A stretch of DNA of 64,000 nt from Candidatus Microgenomates bacterium (GCA_049523135.1 JBEKNE010000001.1:18095-82094), one strand, 5' to 3'; shown: positions 40,419 through 50,232, counted from the first letter of the stretch. Translations and numbers: made by a program. The notes: generated from the sequence alone by a model not told the origin.

Positions 40419-41261
40419 TAAGGCTGCTTCAGTATCTCCGCCCCCGGCAATTTTAAAAGCACCCGACTCGGCCACAGCTTTAAACACTCTTTCTGTTCCC
40501 TGCCTATGACCTTCATCTTCATATTTTCCTAAAGGACCCGAAACCACAACCATTCCGGCACTATCAACTTCTTTTTCAAATCTCTCAATTGTATTAAGAG
40601 TTATATCTTCTTTATCCATCACAAGGTTTCCGATAATTACCTTCCCAGTTTGAGTTCTCACACTTTCAAGTGCTTTATCACCTAAAAGCTCGGGAAGCTT
40701 CCCTCCAACAAGCACTTTGTCCGCAAATTTCTCGAATTCACCAATAAAGGAAAGTTTATCCTCCTTTGCTCCACTCATGATAAAAACCAAAGGCCGTTTG
40801 GGTTCAAAAACGTTGCTTAGATTTTCAATCTCAGCAATAAAATGAAATCCGGCCGCATGGGGCAAAAACTTCGGCACCCCAACAATTGATGCGTGGGCTC
40901 TGTGGGAACTGGCAAAGGCTTCGTTTATGTAAACATCGCCCCAAGAAGCAATTTCGTGGGCAAAACTTTCATCATTTGCTTCTTCTCCCGGATTAAAACG
41001 CAAATTTTCCTTAACTTCCGCACCCCAATACGAAAAAAGTGGTTCAAACGGCTTCAGACTCAGGCTTTCATTAACTTTTCCCTCCGGACGGCCTTTATGG
41101 GCAATAATAATTATTTTTGCTTTTTGGGAATAAAGAAAATCCAATGTTTCTTTTGAAGCCTTAATTCTTAAATCGTTTTCGTCCGGTTTGGTATCAAGAT
41201 CAAGCCTGAGAATCACTCTTTTTCCGGCTACATCTAAATCGGTAGGTTTGGGCAGAGTCAT
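40311..41261 (-). CDS. pgk: phosphoglycerate kinase (short form)
   Basis: HKGRP, ENLRF, EAFASSHRAHAS, GGGDT, SVGGGAMLEFL..LPGI. Confidence 0.92.
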   Translation of the reverse strand: MTLPKPTDLDVAGKRVILRLDLDTKPDENDLRIKASKETLDFLYSQKAKIIIIAHKGRPEGKVNESLSLKPFEPLFSYWGAEVKENLRFNPGEEANDESFAHEIASWGDVYINEAFASSHRAHASIVGVPKFLPHAAGFHFIAEIENLSNVFEPKRPLVFIMSGAKEDKLSFIGEFEKFADKVLVGGKLPELLGDKALESVRTQTGKVIIGNLVMDKEDITLNTIERFEKEVDSAGMVVVSGPLGKYEDEGHRQGTERVFKAVAESGAFKIAGGGDTEAALSLLNLPEKFDWVSVGGGAMLEFLSKKNLPGIRALL

Positions 41262-41263
41262 CT

Positions 41264-41713
41264 TTAATTATTTGCTTCAATTTCCTTAATTTCCTGAAGT
41301 CTTCTTTCATATTTTTCCTTACCTGCAAATTTGGTTTCCAAAAAAGCAATTAACATTGCCTTTGCTTCTTTCTCCGTTGTAAAATCGGCTGCTATGACCA
41401 AAACATTCATATCGTCATCATTTCTCCCCATTTCAATTTGCCCCACACTTTTACCAATTGAGGATCTTATTCCGTCAAATTTATTGGCAACAATATCCAC
41501 TCCGACCCCGCTTCCACAAAGAAGCACCCCGCGCGCTCCTTCCGTTGAAACAACAAGAGAAGCAACCTGTTCCGCATATTTTGGATAATTGTCATTTGGG
41601 TCATAATGAGTTGCACCTAAATCCTGATAGGCATATTCCATCTCAAAAAGCCACTTGCCAATTTTATTTTTTAACTCATATCCCCTATGGTCTGCTCCTA
41701 GAAAAATTTTCAT
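41264..41713 (-). CDS. rpiB: ribose-5-phosphate isomerase B
   Basis: GADHRGYELK, CGSGVG..ANK, NVL, RRL motifs. Confidence 0.92.
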   Translation of the reverse strand: MKIFLGADHRGYELKNKIGKWLFEMEYAYQDLGATHYDPNDNYPKYAEQVASLVVSTEGARGVLLCGSGVGVDIVANKFDGIRSSIGKSVGQIEMGRNDDDMNVLVIAADFTTEKEAKAMLIAFLETKFAGKEKYERRLQEIKEIEANN

Positions 41714-41717
41714 AATA

Positions 41718-42377
41718 TTATTTAAATCCTTCCGTTAATTCTAACAGTTTTGCTCGCGGATCGGGAGCTTTAACGATTGCCGTTGCAACAGCAACTCCCA
41801 CCGCCCCAAGCTGCAAGCTCTTTTTAACATCTTCCATTGACGAAACTCCCGCCCCAACTATCAAAGGTTCCCCGCCCAATCGGGCTACTTCGGAGGCTTC
41901 TGAGATAATTCCGGGTTGAGCTCTGGCAACAGAAGTTGTGGTTGAGCCCACAAGTTCAGGCGGCTCATAGGCAACATATGTCGGAGCAAGTTCGGTTACC
42001 TTTTTAAGTTCATCTATCGTTCCCGCAAAAATCAAAGTCTTAAGATTGGCGGACATTGCTCTTTCGTTGGCTGTGTAGAGCGCATCAAAACTGTCAAACT
42101 TATGCTCCGAATGGTTTAAAAAGACTCCGGAAACCCCAATTTTTGCCGCTTCTTCCGGCAAAGTCCAGCCCGTATGGGCCCCGTAATTTAGGGGGTCAAC
42201 ATGCTGAATCCAAACTTCCAATGTAGTGGAAGGAATGACCATCTCGGCATCAATAATTTGGACTACGGGAATAATTTTCACCTGACTATCATGAGCGACT
42301 TCTTCCAAAATTTTAGTCAAAGCGATAGCCCTCGGCCCCGAAGCTTCCTCATAAGTCTTGTAATTAACAAAAATCAT
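41718..42377 (-). CDS. tpiA: triosephosphate isomerase (short, archaeal-like)
   Basis: NYKTY, QHVD, GAHTG, LNHSE, YEPPELVG, GAGV. Confidence 0.93.
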   Translation of the reverse strand: MIFVNYKTYEEASGPRAIALTKILEEVAHDSQVKIIPVVQIIDAEMVIPSTTLEVWIQHVDPLNYGAHTGWTLPEEAAKIGVSGVFLNHSEHKFDSFDALYTANERAMSANLKTLIFAGTIDELKKVTELAPTYVAYEPPELVGSTTTSVARAQPGIISEASEVARLGGEPLIVGAGVSSMEDVKKSLQLGAVGVAVATAIVKAPDPRAKLLELTEGFK

Positions 42378-42628
42378 TCCTTTAAACCCAAAATGGTATT
42401 AATTTTCCCTTTGTCAAAACCGATCACCTTTTCCTGCGTATCGTTATCTAAAGTGATTATTGTAAAAGGCACTCCCAAAAATCCTCCTGAAGAAGCCTCC
42501 AGTTCCCCCTTTGCCGCCTCATCCATATCTACAAATTTTTCTGTAAAGGAAAATTTTTTTTCTTTCAGATAACCTTTAAGCATTCTGCAGTAAGGACAAG
42601 TTGTTGTGGAATAAATAGTTATAGTCAT
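42374..42628 (-). CDS. glutaredoxin family protein
   Basis: CPYC, GVP, IGFD. Confidence 0.9.
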   Translation of the reverse strand: MTITIYSTTTCPYCRMLKGYLKEKKFSFTEKFVDMDEAAKGELEASSGGFLGVPFTIITLDNDTQEKVIGFDKGKINTILGLKE

Positions 42629-42674
42629 ATGAAAGACTCTAATCGTTATATTAGCTCATCGGATGGCTTCAAGT

Positions 42675-43115
42675 CTAGAAAGAGCCTTCGAGAATGTGTT
42701 TGGTCCCTACCGAAACAATAATTTTATTGTAATTCGGATATTTTGAAGAATCGTAATTTAATATCCAGCCGCCTTTTTCCATTGTCAAGTTTCCAAGCAG
42801 AATCATTTGCCCGGACGAATTCTCCAGAAGTCCCCTATAAAATTGTCCTTTAGGTAGGGCGGGAAGATCCGCCAGAATCTCACTTCTTGTTGCAATACCC
42901 ATGCCATTTCCACCAGATACGTCAACCAAATCAATATGTTCCGTATCCTCCGGAATAGTTAGACCCCTAAATTTGCTTTCAATCTGTTGCTCTATGCTTG
43001 GGGTGGCTATAGGCACGGGAAGATTGTTAACTCTGGATTTTCTATACAAAATGAGAACTCCCGCAATAATTAAGACTAAGGCTATAAAGGTGATTACAAT
43101 TTGTTTTGTTGTCAT
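42675..43115 (-). CDS. hypothetical membrane-anchored protein
   Basis: N-terminal TM, beta-rich C-terminus ending HILEGSF. Confidence 0.65.
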   Translation of the reverse strand: MTTKQIVITFIALVLIIAGVLILYRKSRVNNLPVPIATPSIEQQIESKFRGLTIPEDTEHIDLVDVSGGNGMGIATRSEILADLPALPKGQFYRGLLENSSGQMILLGNLTMEKGGWILNYDSSKYPNYNKIIVSVGTKHILEGSF

Positions 43116-43204
43116 CTTGAGCGAAAATAACACCTGTAGGAGCTAATGTCAAGTTTTTATAATTAACTAATTACCGCAAATTTACCGCAGATTTCCCGCT
43201 GGGC

Positions 43205-43393
43205 TCAGCCCTGCTTCAAATAAATTCCGAAAAGCGCTAAAACCGCAGCCACAAGCAGCCACTGAGTTGAAGCTAACCAAATGTCCTGCCCTACCCAACC
43301 GATAATTGAAAACAAAACCGCAATAACTGCACCGTAGATCAAAACTTTGGAGAATATTTCCTTATTTTTCTTATCAAATTTCATCTTTCTCAC
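43205..43393 (-). CDS. small membrane protein
   Basis: 2 TM helices. Confidence 0.6.
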   Translation of the reverse strand: MRKMKFDKKNKEIFSKVLIYGAVIAVLFSIIGWVGQDIWLASTQWLLVAAVLALFGIYLKQG

Positions 43394-43454
43394 CCCCTCC
43401 TCTTAATACTACCACTTGACCAAGATTCTTTTTAAAAGTAAATTAAACCGATTG

Positions 43455-43525
43455 CCAAAATACGGTGGAATTCCGTAGATGTGCCGCAACTGTATATCCA
43501 GAGCCCAGAAAAAACCCGAGCAGGA
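43455..43525 (+). promoter_or_regulatory. compact cobalamin-riboswitch-like element
   Basis: TACGG-TGGAATT-CCGTA hairpin, GCCGCAACTGTA, then AGCCCAGA, matching B12-element core motifs; lies between a TTGACC-N17-TAAATT promoter and B12-uptake-like genes. Confidence 0.6.
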
Positions 43526-43527
43526 AA

Positions 43528-43932
43528 ATGAAAAAATACACAAAAATAATTGTCGCCTCGATAGGAACTCTCCTTCTTGGATTTATGCTCTGGCAGGTCA
43601 AAACACATTACTTCAGAGTTAATATTCAAAATGAAAAAATTGCTCAACAGATTTCAACAAGCTTGGAAATTGATGGAGATGGTCCCGTCACTTTTGACAT
43701 TTCAAGTTTTGTCGGCAAGACGGCCCTCAAAGCAACAGAATCTAAAGCTAAAATAGTGACAAGTGGTACGGGGACAAACGCATTTATAACATCAATAAAC
43801 GGACGAACTGCCGATGCAAGCAAACACGAATTTTGGGAACTCGACGCCAACGGAAAAGAAACCGAAGTCGGGGCAGGAAGTTATATCATACAAAAGGGAG
43901 ACATAATCTTATGGCATATAAATACTTACTAA
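43528..43932 (+). CDS. DUF4430 (transcobalamin C-terminal-like) membrane-anchored protein
   Basis: FITSING...FWEL..NG...VGAGSY...GDII.W pattern. Confidence 0.82.
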   Translation: MKKYTKIIVASIGTLLLGFMLWQVKTHYFRVNIQNEKIAQQISTSLEIDGDGPVTFDISSFVGKTALKATESKAKIVTSGTGTNAFITSINGRTADASKHEFWELDANGKETEVGAGSYIIQKGDIILWHINTY

Positions 43933-44465
43933 AATTAAAACAGTTATCTAATAAGTTGGCCACACCCATAACTTTTATACTTATCGGGGCCGTGGCAAGA
44001 GTCATTCCCCATTTACCCAATTTTGCCCCAATTGGAGCAATGGCACTATTCGGTGGGGCTTACATGAGTAAAAAACAGGCTTTAACTTTACCAATTTTAG
44101 CAATGGTACTTTCCGATTTCATAATTGGTTTTGATAGTTTACCCATGAGACTCGCTGTCTACGGAAGTTTCCTCTTAATAGTTTTAATGGGTATGTTTAT
44201 TAAAAAACAAATAAATGCCAAAAATGTTATTTTTGCATCTTTCTTGGCTTCAATTCTTTTCTTTATAATAACCAATTTTGCAGTCTGGGAATTTGGGCAC
44301 CTATATTCAAAAACCATTGAGGGCTTAATGCAGTCGTACTTTTTTGCAATTCCTTTCTTCCGAAATACGGTTTTTGGTGATCTTTTTTACAACGGAATTT
44401 TCTTTGGAGCTTATAATCTACTTCTTAATATCTCTCACCCTTTGGCTTTGGAACAAAAGGTCTGA
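43911..44465 (+). CDS. ECF S-component-like cobalamin transporter (BtuM/DUF6580-like)
   Basis: RVIPHLPNFAPIGAMALFGGAY, FFIITNFAVW, IPFFRNT..GDLFY; about 6 TM. Confidence 0.8.
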   Translation: MAYKYLLKLKQLSNKLATPITFILIGAVARVIPHLPNFAPIGAMALFGGAYMSKKQALTLPILAMVLSDFIIGFDSLPMRLAVYGSFLLIVLMGMFIKKQINAKNVIFASFLASILFFIITNFAVWEFGHLYSKTIEGLMQSYFFAIPFFRNTVFGDLFYNGIFFGAYNLLLNISHPLALEQKV

Positions 44466-45039
44466 TTGCCTCCATTTCTTTGGGTTTTTGTTTGTAAGTA
44501 AAAAGAATTTTATCAATATAGTTGCCTAAATCTTTGTAATAATAGACATCTTTAAGCTCAATATCATCCGCATCAACCTCTCCCGGAATATGTTCATTTG
44601 GTCTGGCCGGAGTTCTGGCATGGACAACGACATTACCAATTGCTAATTGTTTCCAAATAGCATTTGGGGGGTAAGTTTTGACTTTAACGACCTCGTCCCA
44701 AGTAAGCGACCTTGGGTTTGTGGCAAAAAGGGTTGTCGGTTCAAAACGCATTAGTCTCCTATCCGTAATGTAGGCCATGTCGCGCTTTTGATAATCCGTA
44801 ACAACTTTTGTGCCAACTACTGCAATAATTATTGCTATCACAATTCCGCTAAACAAAAACAAATTTAATAGAACCAGTTGAGTACCCAAAATCGCCAAAA
44901 CAACAAAAACAGCAAGAGCAACAAGATATACCTTAAGAAGTTTAAAGCTAAGCGACAAAGGGTGGGGTGTTACCACATAGAGAATTCTTTCCCCTTCCTG
45001 CTTGCCGAAAAAATCCGTTTCGGAATTATGCATTGACAT
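44425..45039 (-). CDS. bacterial PH-domain-like membrane protein
   Basis: GERIL..., 2 TM, YITDRRL and GNVVV pattern. Confidence 0.65.
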   Translation of the reverse strand: MSMHNSETDFFGKQEGERILYVVTPHPLSLSFKLLKVYLVALAVFVVLAILGTQLVLLNLFLFSGIVIAIIIAVVGTKVVTDYQKRDMAYITDRRLMRFEPTTLFATNPRSLTWDEVVKVKTYPPNAIWKQLAIGNVVVHARTPARPNEHIPGEVDADDIELKDVYYYKDLGNYIDKILFTYKQKPKEMEAIRPFVPKPKGERY

Positions 45040-45103
45040 AAACTAACTGATTCTAAGATATTCCGTCAATTTTTGCTATTATTATTTACATATATTTCCT
45101 AAC

Positions 45104-46210
45104 ATGGCAAAGAGAGAATCAAAAATAGGCAAACTTATCAAAACTTTAGTGGTACTAATCCTTATCGTCATTATTGGTGCAATAATTTTTATTAAATTTA
45201 ACACAGGTGCGGCGGCGGAGTTTACGGACAACTATCTCCGCCCCTTACTCGGAAACACTTTTGTCGGATTTCTGGAAAAAACATATTTCAACACAAGCGA
45301 TAAAATCCAACAAATAACCAACTACAACGGTCTTGAAAATGTTCCTCAATTTCTTGATCAGGGAATAGAAAGTTCAACCTCCACACCCATTCCCATAAAT
45401 AGCAATCTTCCAAGGGTTACGGGTGAAGGTATCTGGCATAATCGTCCATTAAAGCTTTTTCCGAATGAACAAGTAATGGCCTACACATTCGTGAGACCCG
45501 ATCCGACAAGACCCTTTGCATACGTAACCCTGGTACAACTGGATATGACAAAATTGAACATTATGGCAGTTGCCGGTACAAAGCAACCCGGCGGTCCGAT
45601 CGGAAACCCCGGACCGGGAAAAATTCCACAGGATATTGTTCAAAACGGAAGGCTGGTGGCTGCTTTTGACGGTGGTTTCCAATACCGCGACGGAGAATAT
45701 GGAATGATTGTCGGTAATAAAACCTATGTACCACTTGAGCAGAATATCGGAACTTTAGTCGGATATAATGACGGCTCAATAAAAATTGTTAATTATACCG
45801 GTCAGGACTTAGGTAAAGATGTATCTTTTATCCGCCAGAATTGCCCTATTTTAATTGAAAACGGACAAGTATTTGTGTCTAACGAGAACAACAAAAAACT
45901 CTGGGGTAGAACTTTTAATGCAAATATTTTTACATGGCGGAGCGGAATCGGAATAACGGCACAGGGAAATTTAATTTACGCTGTCGGAAATAACCTCTCC
46001 CCAGAAAGTCTGGCAGAAGCTCTCAAAATGGCAGGGGCACAAAATGCTATTCAACTTGATATAAATCCGTTTTGGGTAAGATTTAATATTTTTGATTCTG
46101 AGGGAGACGGAAAATATAAAATCTCAACTTTAACAAAAGATCTCAAAGACGGCTCCAAAGACTACCTGAACGGATATTCAAAAGACTTCTTCTATATTTA
46201 CAATAGATAA
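45104..46210 (+). CDS. phosphodiester glycosidase (NAGPA-like) family protein
   Basis: AAFDGGF, TWRSGIG, AGAQNAIQLD; N-terminal TM. Confidence 0.75.
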   Translation: MAKRESKIGKLIKTLVVLILIVIIGAIIFIKFNTGAAAEFTDNYLRPLLGNTFVGFLEKTYFNTSDKIQQITNYNGLENVPQFLDQGIESSTSTPIPINSNLPRVTGEGIWHNRPLKLFPNEQVMAYTFVRPDPTRPFAYVTLVQLDMTKLNIMAVAGTKQPGGPIGNPGPGKIPQDIVQNGRLVAAFDGGFQYRDGEYGMIVGNKTYVPLEQNIGTLVGYNDGSIKIVNYTGQDLGKDVSFIRQNCPILIENGQVFVSNENNKKLWGRTFNANIFTWRSGIGITAQGNLIYAVGNNLSPESLAEALKMAGAQNAIQLDINPFWVRFNIFDSEGDGKYKISTLTKDLKDGSKDYLNGYSKDFFYIYNR

Positions 46211-46231
46211 GAAAATATCTTTTTATAATAA

Positions 46232-46915
46232 TTAATCAATTTTAAAAATCTTTCCAATCACAAAACCAATAAAGGCAGCTCCCATTCCGATTAGGAACAT
46301 CTGGAGTCCACTTTTCCACCACTTTCCCACATAGTTTTCTGCTTTATAAACTCCGACTCCAAAAAGAACAAGCCCACTCAAAATTAAACTATAAATTAAG
46401 GCTTCGCGGGGTTGAAAAATGAAAAAAGGTGAGACGGGAATTACTGAACCAACAACTGTAGAAAAACCTACCAAAAATGATGACTTGAGAAGCTTGTCTG
46501 TTTTGATCTCCTGAGAATGCAATTCTTCCTCCATCATAATGTTTACCCAAACATCCTTGTTTTTTGTAATAATCTCTGTAACATTATCAAGTTCCTCACC
46601 GCTAAATCCTTTTTTCTTGTAAATTTCATAAACTTCACGCCTTTCTTCCTCCGGATATTTTTCTATCTCGTTATATTCAGTCTCTTTTTCCTTCTCATAA
46701 TGATCTTTCTCCGCCAAAGTTGAAGTATAATTGACTGCCCCCATCGAAACAGCTTCAGCAAAAGCCGCAGCGAGTGATGCGGCAATAATGACGGGGTGGG
46801 TTCCGTTAGCTGCAGTAACACCCAAAATTATTCCCAAAACATTAACAAGTCCGTCTTGTCCGCCAAGAATCAGCTCACGTATCCACGAATTTTCCTGATG
46901 AAGACTTTTCGCCAC
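46232..46915 (-). CDS. VIT1/CCC1 family transporter
   Basis: ILGGQDGLV, AVSMGA, EERREV, MMEEEL. Confidence 0.92.
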   Translation of the reverse strand: MAKSLHQENSWIRELILGGQDGLVNVLGIILGVTAANGTHPVIIAASLAAAFAEAVSMGAVNYTSTLAEKDHYEKEKETEYNEIEKYPEEERREVYEIYKKKGFSGEELDNVTEIITKNKDVWVNIMMEEELHSQEIKTDKLLKSSFLVGFSTVVGSVIPVSPFFIFQPREALIYSLILSGLVLFGVGVYKAENYVGKWWKSGLQMFLIGMGAAFIGFVIGKIFKID

Positions 46916-46935
46916 AATTTATTTTAACACACCAA

Positions 46936-47502
46936 TTATTTAACTCTCCCGAGGTATTCGCCAGTCGTGGTATCGAGTTGTACTTTCTCCCCGACTTTAA
47001 TAAATAGAGGAACCTGAGCTTCAATTCCGGTTTCAAGTTTGACTGTCTTCTTGGGGGCATTCATCCTGTTTCCTGCAACATCATTCGGAGATTCCGTAAC
47101 TTGCAGAGTAACATGCGTCGGAAGGGTTGCCCCTATTGCTTTCCCTTTATACCAAACAATCCAGCAACCCAGGTTTGGAGTAAGATAACCAAACTGATCT
47201 TCAATTAAGCTCATGGGGATATTAACCTGATCAAAAGATTGCGGATCCATGAAGACAAGCTCATTACCACTTCTATAAAGATAATTCATTTCCTTCTTTT
47301 CAATTTCCGCCACCTCTACCGTTTCAGCGGTTTTGTAGGTAAACTCACCCGCCGAGCCTGTTTGAACATTTTTAAATTTGACTCTCATGACAGGAGTTCC
47401 TTTCCCAGGAGACATAAACTCCGCCTTGGTTATAAAAACCGGAGCCCCTTTAAAAATAATGAAGCTGCCTTTTGTGATGTTGCCGGCATTAATTGTATCC
47501 AT
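46936..47502 (-). CDS. efp: elongation factor P
   Basis: PGKG loop, LETG..QVPLFI..GE...DTTTGEY..R. Confidence 0.96.
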   Translation of the reverse strand: MDTINAGNITKGSFIIFKGAPVFITKAEFMSPGKGTPVMRVKFKNVQTGSAGEFTYKTAETVEVAEIEKKEMNYLYRSGNELVFMDPQSFDQVNIPMSLIEDQFGYLTPNLGCWIVWYKGKAIGATLPTHVTLQVTESPNDVAGNRMNAPKKTVKLETGIEAQVPLFIKVGEKVQLDTTTGEYLGRVK

Positions 47503-47530
47503 AACTCGTGTATTTTACGCCAAATCGAGC

Positions 47531-48511
47531 TTATAAATCAAACAATTCTTTTCCGGGGAAAAATAAAGTGTCCGAGATTGAAGTAGCGTCTTGGGCCAAC
47601 ATAATAAGTCTATCAACCCCCACTGCAATCCCCGAAACTTTTGGTAAACCCGAAGCGAGAGCTTCAATTAAGTCCTCATCAATCGGGTAAATAGTCTTAC
47701 CCATTCTTTTTCTTTCTGCCAAATCCGCCTCAAAACGTTTTTTCTGTTCGGCGGCATCAGTAAGCTCCGAAAAGCAATTTCCTAGTTCCACCCCCGCCAG
47801 AAATACTTCAAATCTTTCAGCAAATCTCAGATCCTTCACCGGTTTAGAAAGAGATGCCTGGCTTAGCGGATAATCATAAATAAAATACGGTTTTTTCATT
47901 TCCTTTAGCTTTGGTTCAATCTCATTAAAATAAATCTTGTAAAAATCGTCATCACTTACTTTCAGCACATCCCATCCTGCGTATTTTTTAAAAATATCGG
48001 CAATTTTGAATCTTGGCCACGGCATTGTCAGATCATATATTTCCCCCTGATATTCCCATCTCGATAAATCAGATTCGGGATTGACCTTTTTAATAATCTC
48101 GCAAAACAGTTTCTCAAAATCCTCCATCACATTTCGGTAAGTCGCATTAATTCTGTACCACTCAATCATGGTAAATTCCGGATTATGAAGCGAGCTTACT
48201 TCTTCCTCGTTTCTGAAACATTTTGTAATTTCAAAACAATTCCCGATTCCGGCAGCCAGAAGTTTTTTTATTGAAAATTCAGGACTCATAATTAAAAATC
48301 CCTGCCGCCTTTTACCAAGAGAGGTTCGAAGTTCCGTTTCAAAAACCTCCAAGTTAGGTTCAATCGAAGGAATTGGAACCAAAACCGGCGTAAAGACTTC
48401 ACGGAAACCCCGTCCTTTAAAAAAGGCACGAATAGTGTCAATTACTTTTTCTCGAATCAAATATTGATTCAATATCTCCGGATTATTTTTGATTCTTTGC
48501 CATGTTTTCAT
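47531..48511 (-). CDS. epmA: EF-P lysine aminoacylase (EpmA/GenX)
   Basis: LysRS catalytic domain only: SPEF..KKLLA, FRNEE..HNPEFTMIEWY, ERFE...GVELGN.FSELTD, GIAVGVDRL; adjacent to efp. Confidence 0.9.
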   Translation of the reverse strand: MKTWQRIKNNPEILNQYLIREKVIDTIRAFFKGRGFREVFTPVLVPIPSIEPNLEVFETELRTSLGKRRQGFLIMSPEFSIKKLLAAGIGNCFEITKCFRNEEEVSSLHNPEFTMIEWYRINATYRNVMEDFEKLFCEIIKKVNPESDLSRWEYQGEIYDLTMPWPRFKIADIFKKYAGWDVLKVSDDDFYKIYFNEIEPKLKEMKKPYFIYDYPLSQASLSKPVKDLRFAERFEVFLAGVELGNCFSELTDAAEQKKRFEADLAERKRMGKTIYPIDEDLIEALASGLPKVSGIAVGVDRLIMLAQDATSISDTLFFPGKELFDL

Positions 48512-48532
48512 TTCACGCTATTATACATTTAT

Positions 48533-48913
48533 ATGCGCAAAAATATCATTATCAGGAGGGTTGCCAAAAAGGGCCGCGGGGTTTTTGCGGCACATGATTT
48601 TAAGACTGGTGAAGTTATCGAAAATGCGCCGGTTTTAATCTTTACTCCAAAGGAAAGAAAGCATTTGGAAAAAACCTTACTTAATTACTACATTTACCCA
48701 TGGCGAAGCACCCGCGGAGCGTCTTTAGTTCTTGGCTATGGCTCAATATATAATCACTCCTTCTCCCCCAACGCAGACTGGAAACAAAATTTCAAAACCC
48801 AAAGCATGGTTTACCGAGCCATAAAACCGATTAAAAAAGGTGAGGAAATTACCGTTAACTATAACGGTGAACCGGACGATAATACTCCGATAGATTGGTT
48901 TGAAATAGCCTAA
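48533..48913 (+). CDS. SET domain protein-lysine methyltransferase
   Basis: GRGVFA, YNHSFSPNA, IKKGEEITVNY. Confidence 0.92.
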   Translation: MRKNIIIRRVAKKGRGVFAAHDFKTGEVIENAPVLIFTPKERKHLEKTLLNYYIYPWRSTRGASLVLGYGSIYNHSFSPNADWKQNFKTQSMVYRAIKPIKKGEEITVNYNGEPDDNTPIDWFEIA

Positions 48914-48962
48914 CGGAAAACTGCTTTAGGTAATAAGGGCAAAGTGTGCTACAATGAAAACT

Positions 48963-49451
48963 ATGGGAAATTATGACAGAAACGACAGATCCTCAGGAGG
49001 ATTCCATCGTGGTGGCTTCGGACATGGCGGAGGCAGGAATTTCGATAGAGGCGGAAGACCTTCTTTTGGTGGCGGTAGAGGCGGAGACAGAGAAATGTTC
49101 AGTGCCGTCTGCAGTAACTGCGGAAAGGAATGTCAGGTACCTTTTAAACCAACCGGAAGTAAGCCGGTCTATTGCAGTGACTGTTTCGAAAAAATGGGTG
49201 GAGGAAGAAACGATTCAAGAAGGTTTGATGATAGGAGTCGCTCTCCCCAAGCTCAGAGTGGTCCAGATCTAAGCGCAATTAACGCTAAACTGGATAAAAT
49301 TTTAAATATCTTGGAGCCTAAAGTTGTTGCCCCTACTGTTCAAGCTCCGGTTGTTAAGGAAGAAAAAATTGTTGAGGAAATTAAACCTGAAAAAGTAGAG
49401 AAAAAGGCTAAAAAAACCACAAAGAAAGTAGCCTCGGAAAAGAAAAAATAA
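48963..49451 (+). CDS. CxxC-x17-CxxC domain protein with RGG-rich N-terminus
   Basis: REMFSAVCSNCGKECQVPFKPTGSKPVYCSDCF. Confidence 0.88.
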   Translation: MGNYDRNDRSSGGFHRGGFGHGGGRNFDRGGRPSFGGGRGGDREMFSAVCSNCGKECQVPFKPTGSKPVYCSDCFEKMGGGRNDSRRFDDRSRSPQAQSGPDLSAINAKLDKILNILEPKVVAPTVQAPVVKEEKIVEEIKPEKVEKKAKKTTKKVASEKKK

Positions 49452-49772
49452 ATTACTTCATTTAATAATTCCGCGGAATTTCTAAATCAAAATATTCAAT
49501 ATAAAGGCAATTGTGAAGAAAACCGCCCCGCCAAAACAAGGACTTAAGAACGGATTTTTAACATTTAACGGATAACCTCTTTTGCATTTTTTACCCTGTC
49601 TCCATGCAATAAACTCGCTCAGAAAGTTATACCATGCATAAAGGGTTTCGACTAAAAGTACATAAAAATTGAATCTTTACGATTGACATGATTTATGTAT
49701 ATCACGACTTCGGCACTTCAAAATATCTTTAAATTATATTTAATCGAGAAGAATTTAATACTAAAAACTAGG

Positions 49773-49970
49773 TCAGAGCCCGTTTCTTAAATGGATGTAA
49801 GCATAAATTCCAATTGCCACTAATTCTATGAGACTAAACAAAAACACTATTAAACCAACTGAATGTATTCTTGAATGTATTCCGTCATTTTTAATGGTGT
49901 AATACAACGCGAAATTATTAACGGATATAACAATTGTGGCAAAAATAACAAGTTTGGCTGCGGGGTTCAT
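49773..49970 (-). CDS. small membrane protein
   Basis: 2 TM ORF. Confidence 0.55.
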   Translation of the reverse strand: MNPAAKLVIFATIVISVNNFALYYTIKNDGIHSRIHSVGLIVFLFSLIELVAIGIYAYIHLRNGL

Positions 49971-50043
49971 ATAAATATCTACTTACAGATACATTATCCC
50001 CCATTTCAAAAAGTAGTCAATTTTTGAGAATAGAGATACAAAA

Positions 50044-50232
50044 TTACTTTTTTAAAAAATCTATGAAAGGCCTAACTCCCAAAACCAACGCAATCACCAA
50101 AAACCAAGCCCAATGAATGTTCATTACCAAATTGGCAAATGCCGGCCAAGCGGAAACTACAAATAAAGTAAAAAACAGCACCGACCATTTTGTTAAACCC
50201 ACATCCCAAATTCCAAAATGCTTAAGTTTCAT
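50044..50232 (-). CDS. small membrane protein
   Basis: 2 TM ORF (WDVGLTKWS...IHWAWFLV). Confidence 0.6.
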   Translation of the reverse strand: MKLKHFGIWDVGLTKWSVLFFTLFVVSAWPAFANLVMNIHWAWFLVIALVLGVRPFIDFLKK

